In this document: piece after piece, positions 29,198-37,982 of the stretch
Position numbering within the stretch: the first letter of the stretch is position 1
How the letters are laid out: each line of letters opens with the position of its first letter
Source of the DNA: Bryobacteraceae bacterium
Lineage (GTDB): Bacteria > Acidobacteriota > Terriglobia > Bryobacterales > Bryobacteraceae
Direction: 5' to 3'
Assembly: GCA_035293905.1 (NCBI GenBank)
Contig: DATGLY010000115.1
Location: 1,291-65,290, forward strand
DNA length: 64,000 nt
Made by a program: the position numbers and the translations under genes
Notes under the pieces: generated by a model
The model's database searches: none
The model's input: the letters and a program-made list of their open reading frames with translations, nothing else
Told to the model about the DNA's origin: nothing

Positions 29198-30034
29198 ATG
29201 AGCGTGAGTCCAACGCCGCCGCCCGCCGCCAACCCGAGCTGGGAACGGGTGCAGCTTGCGCGTCATCCCCTGCGGCCGCATACGCTGGACTTCATTCAAC
29301 GCATCTTCGCCAATTTCGAGGAATTGCATGGCGATCGCGCTTTCGCCGACGATCGCTCCATTGTGGCTGGCATGGGCTGGCTGGAAGATCGCGCGGTCAT
29401 GCTCATCGGCCAGCAAAAGGGCCGGGATACCAAGCAGAAGCTTCTGCGCAATTTCGGGATGCCGAAGCCCGAAGGCTATCGCAAAGCGATGCGTCTGATG
29501 GAGCTGGCGGCGAAGTTCTCGCGCCCCATCATCACGTTCCTGGATACGCCCGGAGCTTACCCAGGCATCGATGCGGAACAACGCGGGCAAGCGCAGGCGA
29601 TCGCCCAGAACTTGCGCGAGATGTCGCGGCTGCCGGTTCCCGTTGTCACGGTGGTGATCGGGGAGGGCGGCAGCGGAGGAGCTCTTGGCCTGGGCGTCGG
29701 AAACCGCGTCTACATGCTAGAGAACGCGGTCTACAGCGTAATCTCGCCGGAAAGCTGCGCCGCGATCATTTATCGCGATTCCGGCCGGGCGGCCGACGCC
29801 GCGGAGGCGCTGAAGATGACCGCGCAGGATTTGCTTCAGCTTGGGCTGATCGATGGAATCGTGCCTGAGCCTGGCGAGGGGGCGCATGCCGACCCCGACC
29901 GCAGCGCCGAGGCGCTGCGCCAGACCCTGCGCGACGCGCTGGCGGCCCTGAGCCAGATGAGCCCCGACCAGCTCATTCGCGAGCGCTACGCCAAGTTTCG
30001 CGGCATGGGATGCTTCTTCGCCGAATTCGCATGA
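29198..30034 (+). CDS. accA: Acetyl-CoA carboxylase carboxyltransferase subunit alpha
   Basis: 278 aa colinear with the AccA core as recalled from E. coli: LARHPLRPHTLD, QKGRDTKQKLLRNFGMPKPEGYRKAMRLM, PIITFLDTPGAYPGIDAEQRGQAQAIAQNLREMS, VIGEGGSGGAL. An in-frame stop at 29192 excludes a longer N-terminus. Confidence 0.9.
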   Translation: MSVSPTPPPAANPSWERVQLARHPLRPHTLDFIQRIFANFEELHGDRAFADDRSIVAGMGWLEDRAVMLIGQQKGRDTKQKLLRNFGMPKPEGYRKAMRLMELAAKFSRPIITFLDTPGAYPGIDAEQRGQAQAIAQNLREMSRLPVPVVTVVIGEGGSGGALGLGVGNRVYMLENAVYSVISPESCAAIIYRDSGRAADAAEALKMTAQDLLQLGLIDGIVPEPGEGAHADPDRSAEALRQTLRDALAALSQMSPDQLIRERYAKFRGMGCFFAEFA

Positions 30035-30300
30035 GCAAGCCCGTTCTGATTGGAATCGTTTTCGCCGCCCTCGTACTCGGCTACATCGTATATTCTTCCC
30101 TGCGATTGGGTAAGCACAAAGTCGAGGTCTGCATCTCGTTCAATGGAGGCTCCGCTTGCAGCACGGCGGCCGGGGCGAGCGAGGAGTTCGCTCGCCGCAC
30201 GGCGACCACGAATGCCTGCGCCAAACTCGGCGCGAGCGGGGTCAACGAGACGATCGCCTGCGAAAACACCACTCCTGCCAGCGTCAGAGCGATCCAATAG
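30031..30300 (+). CDS. Small membrane-anchored 4-Cys protein, hypothetical
   Basis: 89 aa from ATG 30031, with an ATGA overlap on the accA stop. N-terminal TM VLIGIVFAALVLGYIVY followed by a soluble tail with four Cys. No family recognised. Confidence 0.45.
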   Translation: MSKPVLIGIVFAALVLGYIVYSSLRLGKHKVEVCISFNGGSACSTAAGASEEFARRTATTNACAKLGASGVNETIACENTTPASVRAIQ

Positions 30301-30324
30301 ACTCGTCTGCGCCGGCCCGCTCGC

Positions 30325-33300
30325 CTAAAACGTAAGCCGGGCGACGATTGTGCCGGCTCGCTGGCCCGAGGTGCCAGTTTCCGGAACGATGGTTCCAAAG
30401 CCGCCGCTATACAGGCCGGCATTGGCGCCCGTGGTGAATTTCGTGGGTGCGTTCGCGAAATTCCCCAAGTTGATGCCCGGGTATTGAAGGCGGTTAAAAA
30501 TGTTGGTGAACTCCGCGCGAATGTTCAGACGGATCCCCTCCTTAAACCGGAATTCGCGGCTGACGTTGGCGTTCTCCACCGGGACACGCATGCCGCGGAA
30601 AAAGCGAATGGAGCTCTGGTTCGCCGCCCACTGGCCGTTCGGAACGTTTTGCCACACGGCAGGGTTCAGCACGACGGTCTTCGTGGGGTCAAAGCAATGG
30701 CAGTTGATATCCAGCGGGTCGGTGTGGTGCTTGCCGCTGTTGTCGTACCAATCCACGGACCAGGGGTTCATAAAGCCATCATCCGGGCCGGCCATCAACT
30801 GCGCGGGACCCGGTCCGCGCCCGAGGAAGTTACTGATCGGCAGCGTGCCCGCGCTCGCGGGTAGGCCCACCAGCGGGGCGCTCTGGTAATTCAAGTACCA
30901 GGCCGTGCCCCATCCCGATAAAAAGTAGGAGACGATTTTGTTCGACAGGACCGGCTTATTGGATTTGATGCGGGGCGTTTGATACTGGGCCGTCAGCCGG
31001 AGTTGCTGAGGAAGATCAAAAGCGCCAAGGTTTTTGCCGAGTTGGCGGTTGAAGACATCCGGCGAACTCATCAGCTCGAGAGTCTTGGAGAAGTTGTAGT
31101 TCAAGTTGGCCGTCAAGCCGCGGCTGAAACGCTTGTTTACCGTGATCTGAAGCGAGTCATACCAATTCTTGCCCAGCGGCGCGCCCGACGGGTTCATCAG
31201 ACCCAAGTACTGAGGAAAGGGCGAGAGCGCCTGCCGGACGGTCTGGGTGGCCGGAAAGTTGGAATAGGGCGTCAGGCTAACCCCGCGAGAAGCCAGGATA
31301 GTTTTCTGGGCGGCAGTCAGGTTCGCGATGGTCGTGGTGAGCAGCGCTGAGTCGGTTGCACTAGTGAAATCATTGAATCCTAGAGAGCGCAGGAGGGGCT
31401 CGCTGATCGCGTTGAGCGCGACCAGGCTGTTGGCCTCCCACCAGACGCCTCGGTTGCCCACATAGCCCGCCTCCACGGCGAGATCGCGGTTGATCTCGCG
31501 TTGCATCGTGATATTCCATTGCAGCAGCCGCGCCGGCCGGCCCGAGTTCGGATCGAGGGCCGCGATGGCCGCGACGACGCTACCCGGCGACTGACCTGCC
31601 GCGGGGTCGAATGTCGGCCAAACAGCGTTGACGCTGGGCGGCATACCTGTCCGAAGCAGTCCGATATTCTCATCGAAGGCCGGAGTAGTGGAGAACGCCG
31701 CATTCACGGAGCCGCCCGCGGCGGTAGAGGTGGCATTGTAGACGACGCCGATGCCGGCCCGCATCACGGTCTTGCGATGGATCTGATAGGCCAACCCGAG
31801 ACGCGGCCCTATGGCATAGGGATAGTTGTTGGCGAAGTTGCAGTGGCAGACCGCCTCATACTTCCTCGCGCCAAGTCTGCCTCCCGCCGACGGATTCGGT
31901 ACGTCGGGAGAAAAGGTCGAGTAGCGCCCGTATTGTTCGCGTGCGTAAGTTCCGTAGTCCCAACGCAAGCCATAGTCGAAAGTCAATTTGCGACTGGCTT
32001 TCCAACTGTCTTGCGCATACAGGGACGTCTCGTACTTCGATGTGCTCGCCGCAAGAGGCGCGTTAAGCTGGGCGGCGGTTATGCCGCCCAGCAAAAAAGA
32101 CGCGAAGCCGAATCCCGTGAAGCCCGTGGCCACCGTCGTCCCTTGCAGTGAGGTCTGCCCGGTATAACTGGCGCCCGTCGTGTAGCTTCCAGCGGAGGTT
32201 CCAAAGTCGTAATTGGGGAACTTCTCCTGGCGGATTTCGACCCCGAGTTTGAAAGTATGGCGCCCGTGCACGTAGGTCCCGGAAGCGTTGACCAAAGGCC
32301 GGCGCTCGAAAAAACGCTGATCCGATGTGGCGCCCAGGTTACTCATCCCGCCCAGCGCCGCGCTGGACACATTTGTATTAATAATGGGAAAGTCGCGGGC
32401 CGCGGTCTGCCCGCTCAAACCCAGTTGTTGCGCGGCATTGTAAGGATAGGCCGGGCTTCGAAGCAGGAAGTCGGAGTCGTTCCAATTGACTCCCCAATGG
32501 ACCAGGAGCCGCGCGGTCGCCGTGTAGTCGAAGTTGACGCGCGCACTTCTGCCGGAGTTGGCGGCGATGGATGAGCCGGTAATGGTGTCCGGAAGGTTGT
32601 CGGCTCCGGTGGTCGTCCGGGGCGTACTGGTGCTCGTACTCTGCAGGTAGACGGACATGCGCATCTTAGGTCCCAAGACTTGGTCGACCTTAATGGAGGG
32701 GATTTCGGAGATTCGGCTCTGGTCATAGGGCGCCTGATAGTTGCTCCCCGCCTGGTTGGCGGAGTTCGGGCCGAACGGTTCCGGAACAAGCTGGAGGATT
32801 TTTACAGCAACCGGATCGAAACGCGTGGGCGAGATGATGTTATTCGGAAAAGGATCGCGGACAATGCTGGTTCCAACCGTACGCTCCGAGGCTGGGTCGA
32901 AGATTGTGCCGCTGGCGATGGTGCGCCCGAGCGGGTCCTTGTAGGAACCGGCCGCTGTTGCGACCAGCCGGTTTTCCTGCGTAATCAGGTTGGTGAAATC
33001 GCCTTGGCGATAAGCGTCGATGGGAACCGTGCTCGAAGCGGTTCTGATGATCTTCTTTTCGCGGTACTGCTCGAAGCTGAAGAAGAAGAATGTCTTGTTC
33101 TTGCCGTTGTAGACCTTCGGGATCCAAACCGGCCCGCCGAAGGTTACTCCCCAGTCGTGTTGGCGGATCTTGTTGCGCAGTCCGGTGTAAGGCTGGTGGG
33201 CGTTCAGGGCTTCATTGACCGCGTAATCGTAAACGCTGCCGTGAAATTGGTTAGAGCCGCTTTTAGTCACCATATTGATCATCGCGCCGCCGGCCGTGCC

Positions 33301-33999
33301 GAATTCCGGCGCGAAGTTGCTGGTGAGAATGGCGACCTCCTGAATCGCGTCCACCGAGGGCTGCGTCTGCATGGTGGCCCCCAACAGGCGCGAACTGGTG
33401 GGACTCTGCGTCGCGCCGTCCAGGCGCATCTGGTATGTGTTGGCGGGGGTTCCATTAATGACCACCGTGGTGGTCGCGAGCGCCGCAGAAGTATACCGGA
33501 CGCCGGGAGCCAGGCGCACGGCTGCCAAAGGGTCGCGAAAACCCGAGTTCGTGGAACCGATCGGCAAAAGGGGCAGGTTGTCCAACTCCGAAAGAGTGAT
33601 GTTATGCACCAGCTCGCTCGACTCGGTTCTCAGGAGGGAGGAGTCGGTCGTTACCGTGACCGCGTCCGAGACTTGGCCCACTTGAAGGGCCACGTCTTCG
33701 CGCATCGTCTGCTCCGCCGACAAGTGAAACCCCGCGTGGAAGTACTTTTTGAAGCCGGACACGCTGATCGTGAGGTCGTAGTCGCCCACCGGCAACTCGC
33801 CGACCGTGAAGTTCCCCGCGCCAGAGCTCGCCGCCTTGAAGACGACTCCGGTTTCCAGATTCCGGAGTTCCACAGGCGCATTTGGGACGACCGCCCCCGC
33901 GGAGTCCGTTATCGTTCCGGTTACGGTGGCCAACCCCGTTTGCCCAAACCCGGCGGAAGCGCACAAAAGCAACACAGCTAGTAATGGAATTCTCCTCAT
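30325..33999 (-). CDS. TonB-dependent receptor-type outer-membrane protein with N-terminal carboxypeptidase-regulatory-like domain
   Basis: 1224 aa from ATG 33999 with signal peptide MRRIPLLAVLLLCASAGFGQ. CarboxypepD_reg-like motif ATVTGTITDSAGAVVPNAPVELRNLETG...GDYDLTISVSGFKKY, a long barrel region and the C-terminal aromatic VARLTF. Confidence 0.85.
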   Translation of the reverse strand: MRRIPLLAVLLLCASAGFGQTGLATVTGTITDSAGAVVPNAPVELRNLETGVVFKAASSGAGNFTVGELPVGDYDLTISVSGFKKYFHAGFHLSAEQTMREDVALQVGQVSDAVTVTTDSSLLRTESSELVHNITLSELDNLPLLPIGSTNSGFRDPLAAVRLAPGVRYTSAALATTTVVINGTPANTYQMRLDGATQSPTSSRLLGATMQTQPSVDAIQEVAILTSNFAPEFGTAGGAMINMVTKSGSNQFHGSVYDYAVNEALNAHQPYTGLRNKIRQHDWGVTFGGPVWIPKVYNGKNKTFFFFSFEQYREKKIIRTASSTVPIDAYRQGDFTNLITQENRLVATAAGSYKDPLGRTIASGTIFDPASERTVGTSIVRDPFPNNIISPTRFDPVAVKILQLVPEPFGPNSANQAGSNYQAPYDQSRISEIPSIKVDQVLGPKMRMSVYLQSTSTSTPRTTTGADNLPDTITGSSIAANSGRSARVNFDYTATARLLVHWGVNWNDSDFLLRSPAYPYNAAQQLGLSGQTAARDFPIINTNVSSAALGGMSNLGATSDQRFFERRPLVNASGTYVHGRHTFKLGVEIRQEKFPNYDFGTSAGSYTTGASYTGQTSLQGTTVATGFTGFGFASFLLGGITAAQLNAPLAASTSKYETSLYAQDSWKASRKLTFDYGLRWDYGTYAREQYGRYSTFSPDVPNPSAGGRLGARKYEAVCHCNFANNYPYAIGPRLGLAYQIHRKTVMRAGIGVVYNATSTAAGGSVNAAFSTTPAFDENIGLLRTGMPPSVNAVWPTFDPAAGQSPGSVVAAIAALDPNSGRPARLLQWNITMQREINRDLAVEAGYVGNRGVWWEANSLVALNAISEPLLRSLGFNDFTSATDSALLTTTIANLTAAQKTILASRGVSLTPYSNFPATQTVRQALSPFPQYLGLMNPSGAPLGKNWYDSLQITVNKRFSRGLTANLNYNFSKTLELMSSPDVFNRQLGKNLGAFDLPQQLRLTAQYQTPRIKSNKPVLSNKIVSYFLSGWGTAWYLNYQSAPLVGLPASAGTLPISNFLGRGPGPAQLMAGPDDGFMNPWSVDWYDNSGKHHTDPLDINCHCFDPTKTVVLNPAVWQNVPNGQWAANQSSIRFFRGMRVPVENANVSREFRFKEGIRLNIRAEFTNIFNRLQYPGINLGNFANAPTKFTTGANAGLYSGGFGTIVPETGTSGQRAGTIVARLTF

Positions 34000-34060
34000 G
34001 TTGCACAATCCTACGGTGCTATTGCCGTTTCCGTCTAGGTTTGATGTGTTAGATGGGAAG

Positions 34061-34092
34061 TTAAAGCGCGCTTGGGCAGGATGCGCTTAAGC
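34061..34092. promoter_or_regulatory. Imperfect inverted repeat / twin palindromes in the divergent promoter region (candidate operator)
   Basis: TTAAAGCGC (34061-34069) faces GCGCTTAA (34083-34090). Each arm is embedded in a self-palindrome: AAGCGCGCTT at 34064-34073 and GCTTAAGC at 34085-34092. The repeat lies between the receptor gene and the wHTH-like gene. Confidence 0.3.
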
Positions 34093-34179
34093 ATCTGCCG
34101 GTTGGCGCGATGTTAAAAGAGCCGTTAATTCGTCTGGGATGGAACGTTTGGAAGATTTCGAAATGGTAGACTTTGCAAA

Positions 34180-35364
34180 ATGGGGCTTGGGCGATCTATG
34201 CCGGTTCTCGAAAAGTCTGACTCTTTCACGGAACAACAACGGCTGAGGATTCTGGCTCACCTGGATGAGCTGCTCGCGACGCCTGCGTTTGTGGGAAGCC
34301 GCCGGCGACGGGCGTTCCTGCGTTATGTGGTTGAGGAAACCCTGGCGGGCCGCGGGGCGGCGATAAAGGAACGCAATATCGCGGTGGATGTCTTTGGGCG
34401 AAGCAGCGATTTCGACGCTCACAGCGCCTCGATCGTGCGAGTGACGGGCGGCGAGATTCGCAAGCGCCTCGCCCAGGCCTACGCCGCGGGTCTGAACAGC
34501 GGGGTGCACTTGGAGCTGCCTCTGGGCAGCTACCAGCCGATTTTTCACATCGATCCGGAGGTTAGCGAGGAGCCGCCCGCGCCCGCCCGCGATCCAATGA
34601 GCCAGCCGGCAGGGCGCTCTTTGGTGCGCCCGCGCCAGCTCGCGGCGCTGGGCGCTCTGGCCGTCGTGTTGGCCGGCGCTGTTCTGCTGAACCGGCTGAG
34701 CCACCGGACTTCTTCTCTCGATCGTCTCTGGCAGCCGTTCCTGAATCCGGACAAGCCGGTGCTCATTTCTTTGGCTACCTTGAACGGGATGTTCCGGGAA
34801 AGGAGCTTTGACGATCGCACAGGTTTGGAAAGCCCGTTCGTAGGCACCGGCGGCGCGCTGGGCGCGGCCCGATTCGCCGAGCAACTGGCCTTGCGGCGCC
34901 AGACCTTCCAGTTGAAGTTTGGCAGCGACGTTTCATTTTCGGACCTGAAGAGTTCCGCGGCAATCCTGTTGGGATCTACCCGCTGGTCGGACGAGTTGAT
35001 GCGAACCCAGCGCTTTCGAATCGAACGCAGCGAGCAAGGCAAAGCCGTTGTGGACTCGCAAAACCAAGGCCGCCGCTGGAGCCCTCCCCGCGCGCCAAAC
35101 GCATCCGAGCCAACCGAGGGCTATTCCCTCATCACGCGGCTGTTGAGTACGGACACACGCCACCCCATCCTGCTGGTCGCGGGTCTGGATCCCCGCGACA
35201 CGCAGGCGGCGGTCGAGTTCCTCGCCGACGACCGCCTCTTTGAAGCCTTTTCCAGTGCGGCGCCATCGGACTGGACTAGAAAGAACTTCCAAGTGGTGCT
35301 GCACAATCGAATTTTCGGCAAGTCGCCCGGCTCGCTGAACGTGGTTGCGTTCCACATTTGGTGA
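34180..35364 (+). CDS. Membrane-tethered protein with N-terminal winged-helix-like (CadC/ToxR-type) module and periplasmic domain of unknown function
   Basis: 394 aa. The N-terminal segment RRAFLRYVVEETLAGRGAAIKERNIAVDVFGRSSDFDAHSASIVRVTGGEIRKRLAQAY matches a recalled wHTH-like module. A single TM (LAALGALAVVLAGAVLL) is followed by about 210 aa of unassigned C-terminal domain. Confidence 0.5.
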   Translation: MGLGRSMPVLEKSDSFTEQQRLRILAHLDELLATPAFVGSRRRRAFLRYVVEETLAGRGAAIKERNIAVDVFGRSSDFDAHSASIVRVTGGEIRKRLAQAYAAGLNSGVHLELPLGSYQPIFHIDPEVSEEPPAPARDPMSQPAGRSLVRPRQLAALGALAVVLAGAVLLNRLSHRTSSLDRLWQPFLNPDKPVLISLATLNGMFRERSFDDRTGLESPFVGTGGALGAARFAEQLALRRQTFQLKFGSDVSFSDLKSSAAILLGSTRWSDELMRTQRFRIERSEQGKAVVDSQNQGRRWSPPRAPNASEPTEGYSLITRLLSTDTRHPILLVAGLDPRDTQAAVEFLADDRLFEAFSSAAPSDWTRKNFQVVLHNRIFGKSPGSLNVVAFHIW

Positions 35365-35401
35365 CGCCATTGGGTAACCCCTAAGGCGCGCGCGGAGGTT
35401 C

Positions 35402-36205
35402 TCAACTTACGCTCTCCGCGCTATAACGGGCGATCAAACCATGGCGGACGGCATGATGGAAAATGTAGGCGAAGAATCGCCCGGCGAGGACGATATACAA
35501 CGCGGCTAGGCCGAAGCCCCATAACAATGGATGCGGGGGCATGGTTCGGGAGGAAACGACCGCGCGCATGCCTTCAAAGACGTAGGAAGCGGGGAGCAGG
35601 CGCGAGATATAGCGCATCCACTGCGGGAGCGTCGACAGAGGATAGAAAACTCCGGCGAAGGGCGAGAGTAATGCCGGGATCGGCCAGATGAACCATTCGG
35701 CTACCGGCCCCAACCGAAGCACGATCGCGCAACCCGCGATCCCCAAAGAAATCCCGAACAGGAACAACACAAGAAGAAACGGCGCCAACATGAATCCATA
35801 GGCGAGAAAGTGAAGTCCGAAGGCCGCTGACGCCAGCACGAGCATCACCACGAGTCCGACGGAGCTGGTCGCGACGCTCGAAAGGACCAGGCCCAGGACA
35901 TATTCGGAAATGGTCAGAGGGGTTCCGAAAAAATTCAGGAAATTGCGCGTCCAGACGTCTTCGAAAAACGTGGTCGTGATGCCTTGCATCACGCGCACCA
36001 TGAAATCCCACAGCAGCACCGCGCCTAATATCGCCGGGACGAAGTTGAAGCCCGGGGCCGCGACGGTATTGAGATAACGCGTAATGAATCCCCACAGCAC
36101 GATGTCGATGGCCACCCAGGCGAACAGAGGCACAACGCGCGCCGGGCTTCCCACAAGCAAATAAAACTGGCGAAGAACGATGGCGGCGGCGCGGTTGGAA
36201 TACAT
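35402..36205 (-). CDS. ABC-2 type transporter permease
   Basis: 267 aa with six hydrophobic segments. It starts 3 nt downstream of the ATPase gene. Confidence 0.8.
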   Translation of the reverse strand: MYSNRAAAIVLRQFYLLVGSPARVVPLFAWVAIDIVLWGFITRYLNTVAAPGFNFVPAILGAVLLWDFMVRVMQGITTTFFEDVWTRNFLNFFGTPLTISEYVLGLVLSSVATSSVGLVVMLVLASAAFGLHFLAYGFMLAPFLLVLFLFGISLGIAGCAIVLRLGPVAEWFIWPIPALLSPFAGVFYPLSTLPQWMRYISRLLPASYVFEGMRAVVSSRTMPPHPLLWGFGLAALYIVLAGRFFAYIFHHAVRHGLIARYSAESVS

Positions 36206-36208
36206 GCG

Positions 36209-36949
36209 TCAATCCTGAAGCGTCAAGGGCTCGCGAGCCACGGCGACGAATAAATCCTCAAGCGTCTGTTTGCCATGTTCGCGCGGCAAGGCTTTGGGAT
36301 CGCCCTCCAGCAGGATTTTACCGTGGGAAAGAAACAGGACTCGATCGCAGACGTCTTCGACTTCGTACATGTTGTGCGACGTCCAGAGCACGCCGCCTTG
36401 TCCGCGCAGCGCGAAGTGGCGGATCTTCGCACGGATTTCGCGCGCCGTGGCGGGATCGAGCGAAGCCGTGGGCTCATCCAGCAAAAGCAGAGCCGGCTCG
36501 TTGAGCATGGCCTTGGCCAGCGACACGCGGGTCTGCTCGCCCGAGGAGAGCAGGCCATATTTCACGTTGCGAAATTTTTCAAGATCGAACTGTTCGAGCA
36601 ACGCGCGGATGCGCGAAGCCAGAGATTTTACTCCATAGAGCAGTCCGAAGATGCGAAGGTTTTGATACACGGTGAGATTTCCCGGCAGAGCGGCATAGAC
36701 CGCGGCGAAGTTGACGCCCTTGAGCGCACGGGAGCGATGGGCTCGAAGATCCACGCCGCCGATTTCAATGGCGCCGGAGCTGGGCTCCAAAATTCCGAGG
36801 ATCATGTTGATGGTGGTCGTTTTGCCGGCGCCGTTGGGACCCAACAACCCCAGGATCTCGTTGCGGCCCACCGTGAACGACAAGCCATCGACGGCGGTCA
36901 GATTGCCGTAGCTTTTGCGAAGGTCGCGAACTGTGAGCACGTTAGACAT
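36209..36949 (-). CDS. ABC transporter ATP-binding protein
   Basis: Walker A GPNGAGKTTT, signature LSSGEQTRV, Walker B LLLLDEPTASLD, H-loop TSHNM. Start placed at MSNVLTVRDLRKSYG (36949). Alternative starts lie at 36973 and 37018. Confidence 0.9.
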   Translation of the reverse strand: MSNVLTVRDLRKSYGNLTAVDGLSFTVGRNEILGLLGPNGAGKTTTINMILGILEPSSGAIEIGGVDLRAHRSRALKGVNFAAVYAALPGNLTVYQNLRIFGLLYGVKSLASRIRALLEQFDLEKFRNVKYGLLSSGEQTRVSLAKAMLNEPALLLLDEPTASLDPATAREIRAKIRHFALRGQGGVLWTSHNMYEVEDVCDRVLFLSHGKILLEGDPKALPREHGKQTLEDLFVAVAREPLTLQD

Positions 36950-37082
36950 GCCGAAGCGGAAGTCCTGCGTCATATGAAATGAGCGCACAACGGAATGCGC
37001 CGCGCGCTCTCCCATCATCGCAGCGGGCCGGACGCTGAAACGGTATCCGCGCGGTGGCCGTCATTTTGGCGTGGAGGTCTTT

Positions 37083-37661
37083 ATGAAACATCTGGCTCTG
37101 AATTTGGGAGTGGCTCTCGTCTTTGCCGGCGCCGCGGCGGCCCAGGAACAGGGGCGTTACACGTTCGATCTAGCAACGGGCTTCACCGCGCCGGCCAACT
37201 TCGGTCCGGATAATCTGAACACCGGCTGGAATGTGCAAGGAGGCGTGGGAGCGAAAGCCAATTCCTGGCTGGGCGCAAAGGTCCAACTGGAATACGACTC
37301 GATGGGTCTGAACCGCTCCACCCTGTTCGATCTCGGCTTCAGGCGGGGCAACGTGAATGTGTTCTCCGCGACGTTCGATCCAATCCTTCATCTGACGCCG
37401 CATAGCCCCATCGGCGTTTATGCGATTGGAGGGACCGGATTGTATCACTACATGAACGACTTGAGCGGGCCCGGGTTGTTCGGATATTTCAACTCATCCT
37501 ATGCCGTCAACAAACTGGGCATTAACGCGGGAGGAGGATTCGAGTTCGGACCGGGGCATCGCCGCGGAAGGATCTTCGCAGAGGCGCGGTGGACGCGCGT
37601 GTTTCTGGCAAGCAGCGTACACGCCGATTATATTCCGGTGTCGTTCGGCTTCCGCTGGTAG
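37083..37661 (+). CDS. Small outer-membrane beta-barrel protein (OmpA-barrel/OmpW-like class)
   Basis: 192 aa from ATG 37083, with GGAGG 5 nt upstream. Signal peptide ends AAAAQ. Alternating-hydrophobic strands and the C-terminal motif SFGFRW. Confidence 0.65.
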   Translation: MKHLALNLGVALVFAGAAAAQEQGRYTFDLATGFTAPANFGPDNLNTGWNVQGGVGAKANSWLGAKVQLEYDSMGLNRSTLFDLGFRRGNVNVFSATFDPILHLTPHSPIGVYAIGGTGLYHYMNDLSGPGLFGYFNSSYAVNKLGINAGGGFEFGPGHRRGRIFAEARWTRVFLASSVHADYIPVSFGFRW

Positions 37662-37982
37662 AGGCAGGCCGGCAGGGGGCGGCTGTCTTCCGAGTCAAGA
37701 GGGCGCGGGCGTCACGCCTCGAAAAAACGAACCCAGACGGTTGAGATTCAGACATTAAGTCGTTTGTAATCATGCAGTTGCCTCCTTCTGTCTGGGCAAG
37801 TTGGGGCCAGTGGAGAACGGGGCGCGGGCGCGGCCGCCGGCGAGTGGCTGCGGTCATACGAGAAATCTCCTTTCGGGGACTGAAGTCCAGTTGGAGGTTA
37901 ACGCCGGCGGGTGCGTTGGAGGGAGAGCTTAAGCGGCAAATGGCTGGAGGGCGGAAGGAAAAAGGCGCGGCGGAAAGGGAAT

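Noticed and set aside
32680-33981. Long ORFs antisense to, or in alternative frames of, well-supported genes. Examples: 32680-33981, 62659-63750, 46587-47942, 45688-46509, 57873-58847, 56741-57679, 40457-41344, 44101-45033, 21280-22134, 41814-42806, 63048-63911.
   Set aside because: They are Arg/Gly/Ala/Pro-rich shadow ORFs, which are typical of high-GC DNA. Each lies opposite or inside a gene with clear family motifs, and none has a motif of its own.
37522-37773. An 83-codon minus-strand ORF preceded by a perfect AAGGAGG plus 7-nt spacer.
   Set aside because: The product is Arg/Thr/Pro-rich with no motif. The ORF runs 140 nt antisense into the 3' end of the OM-barrel gene. It is probably a chance SD-ATG inside a non-coding gap.
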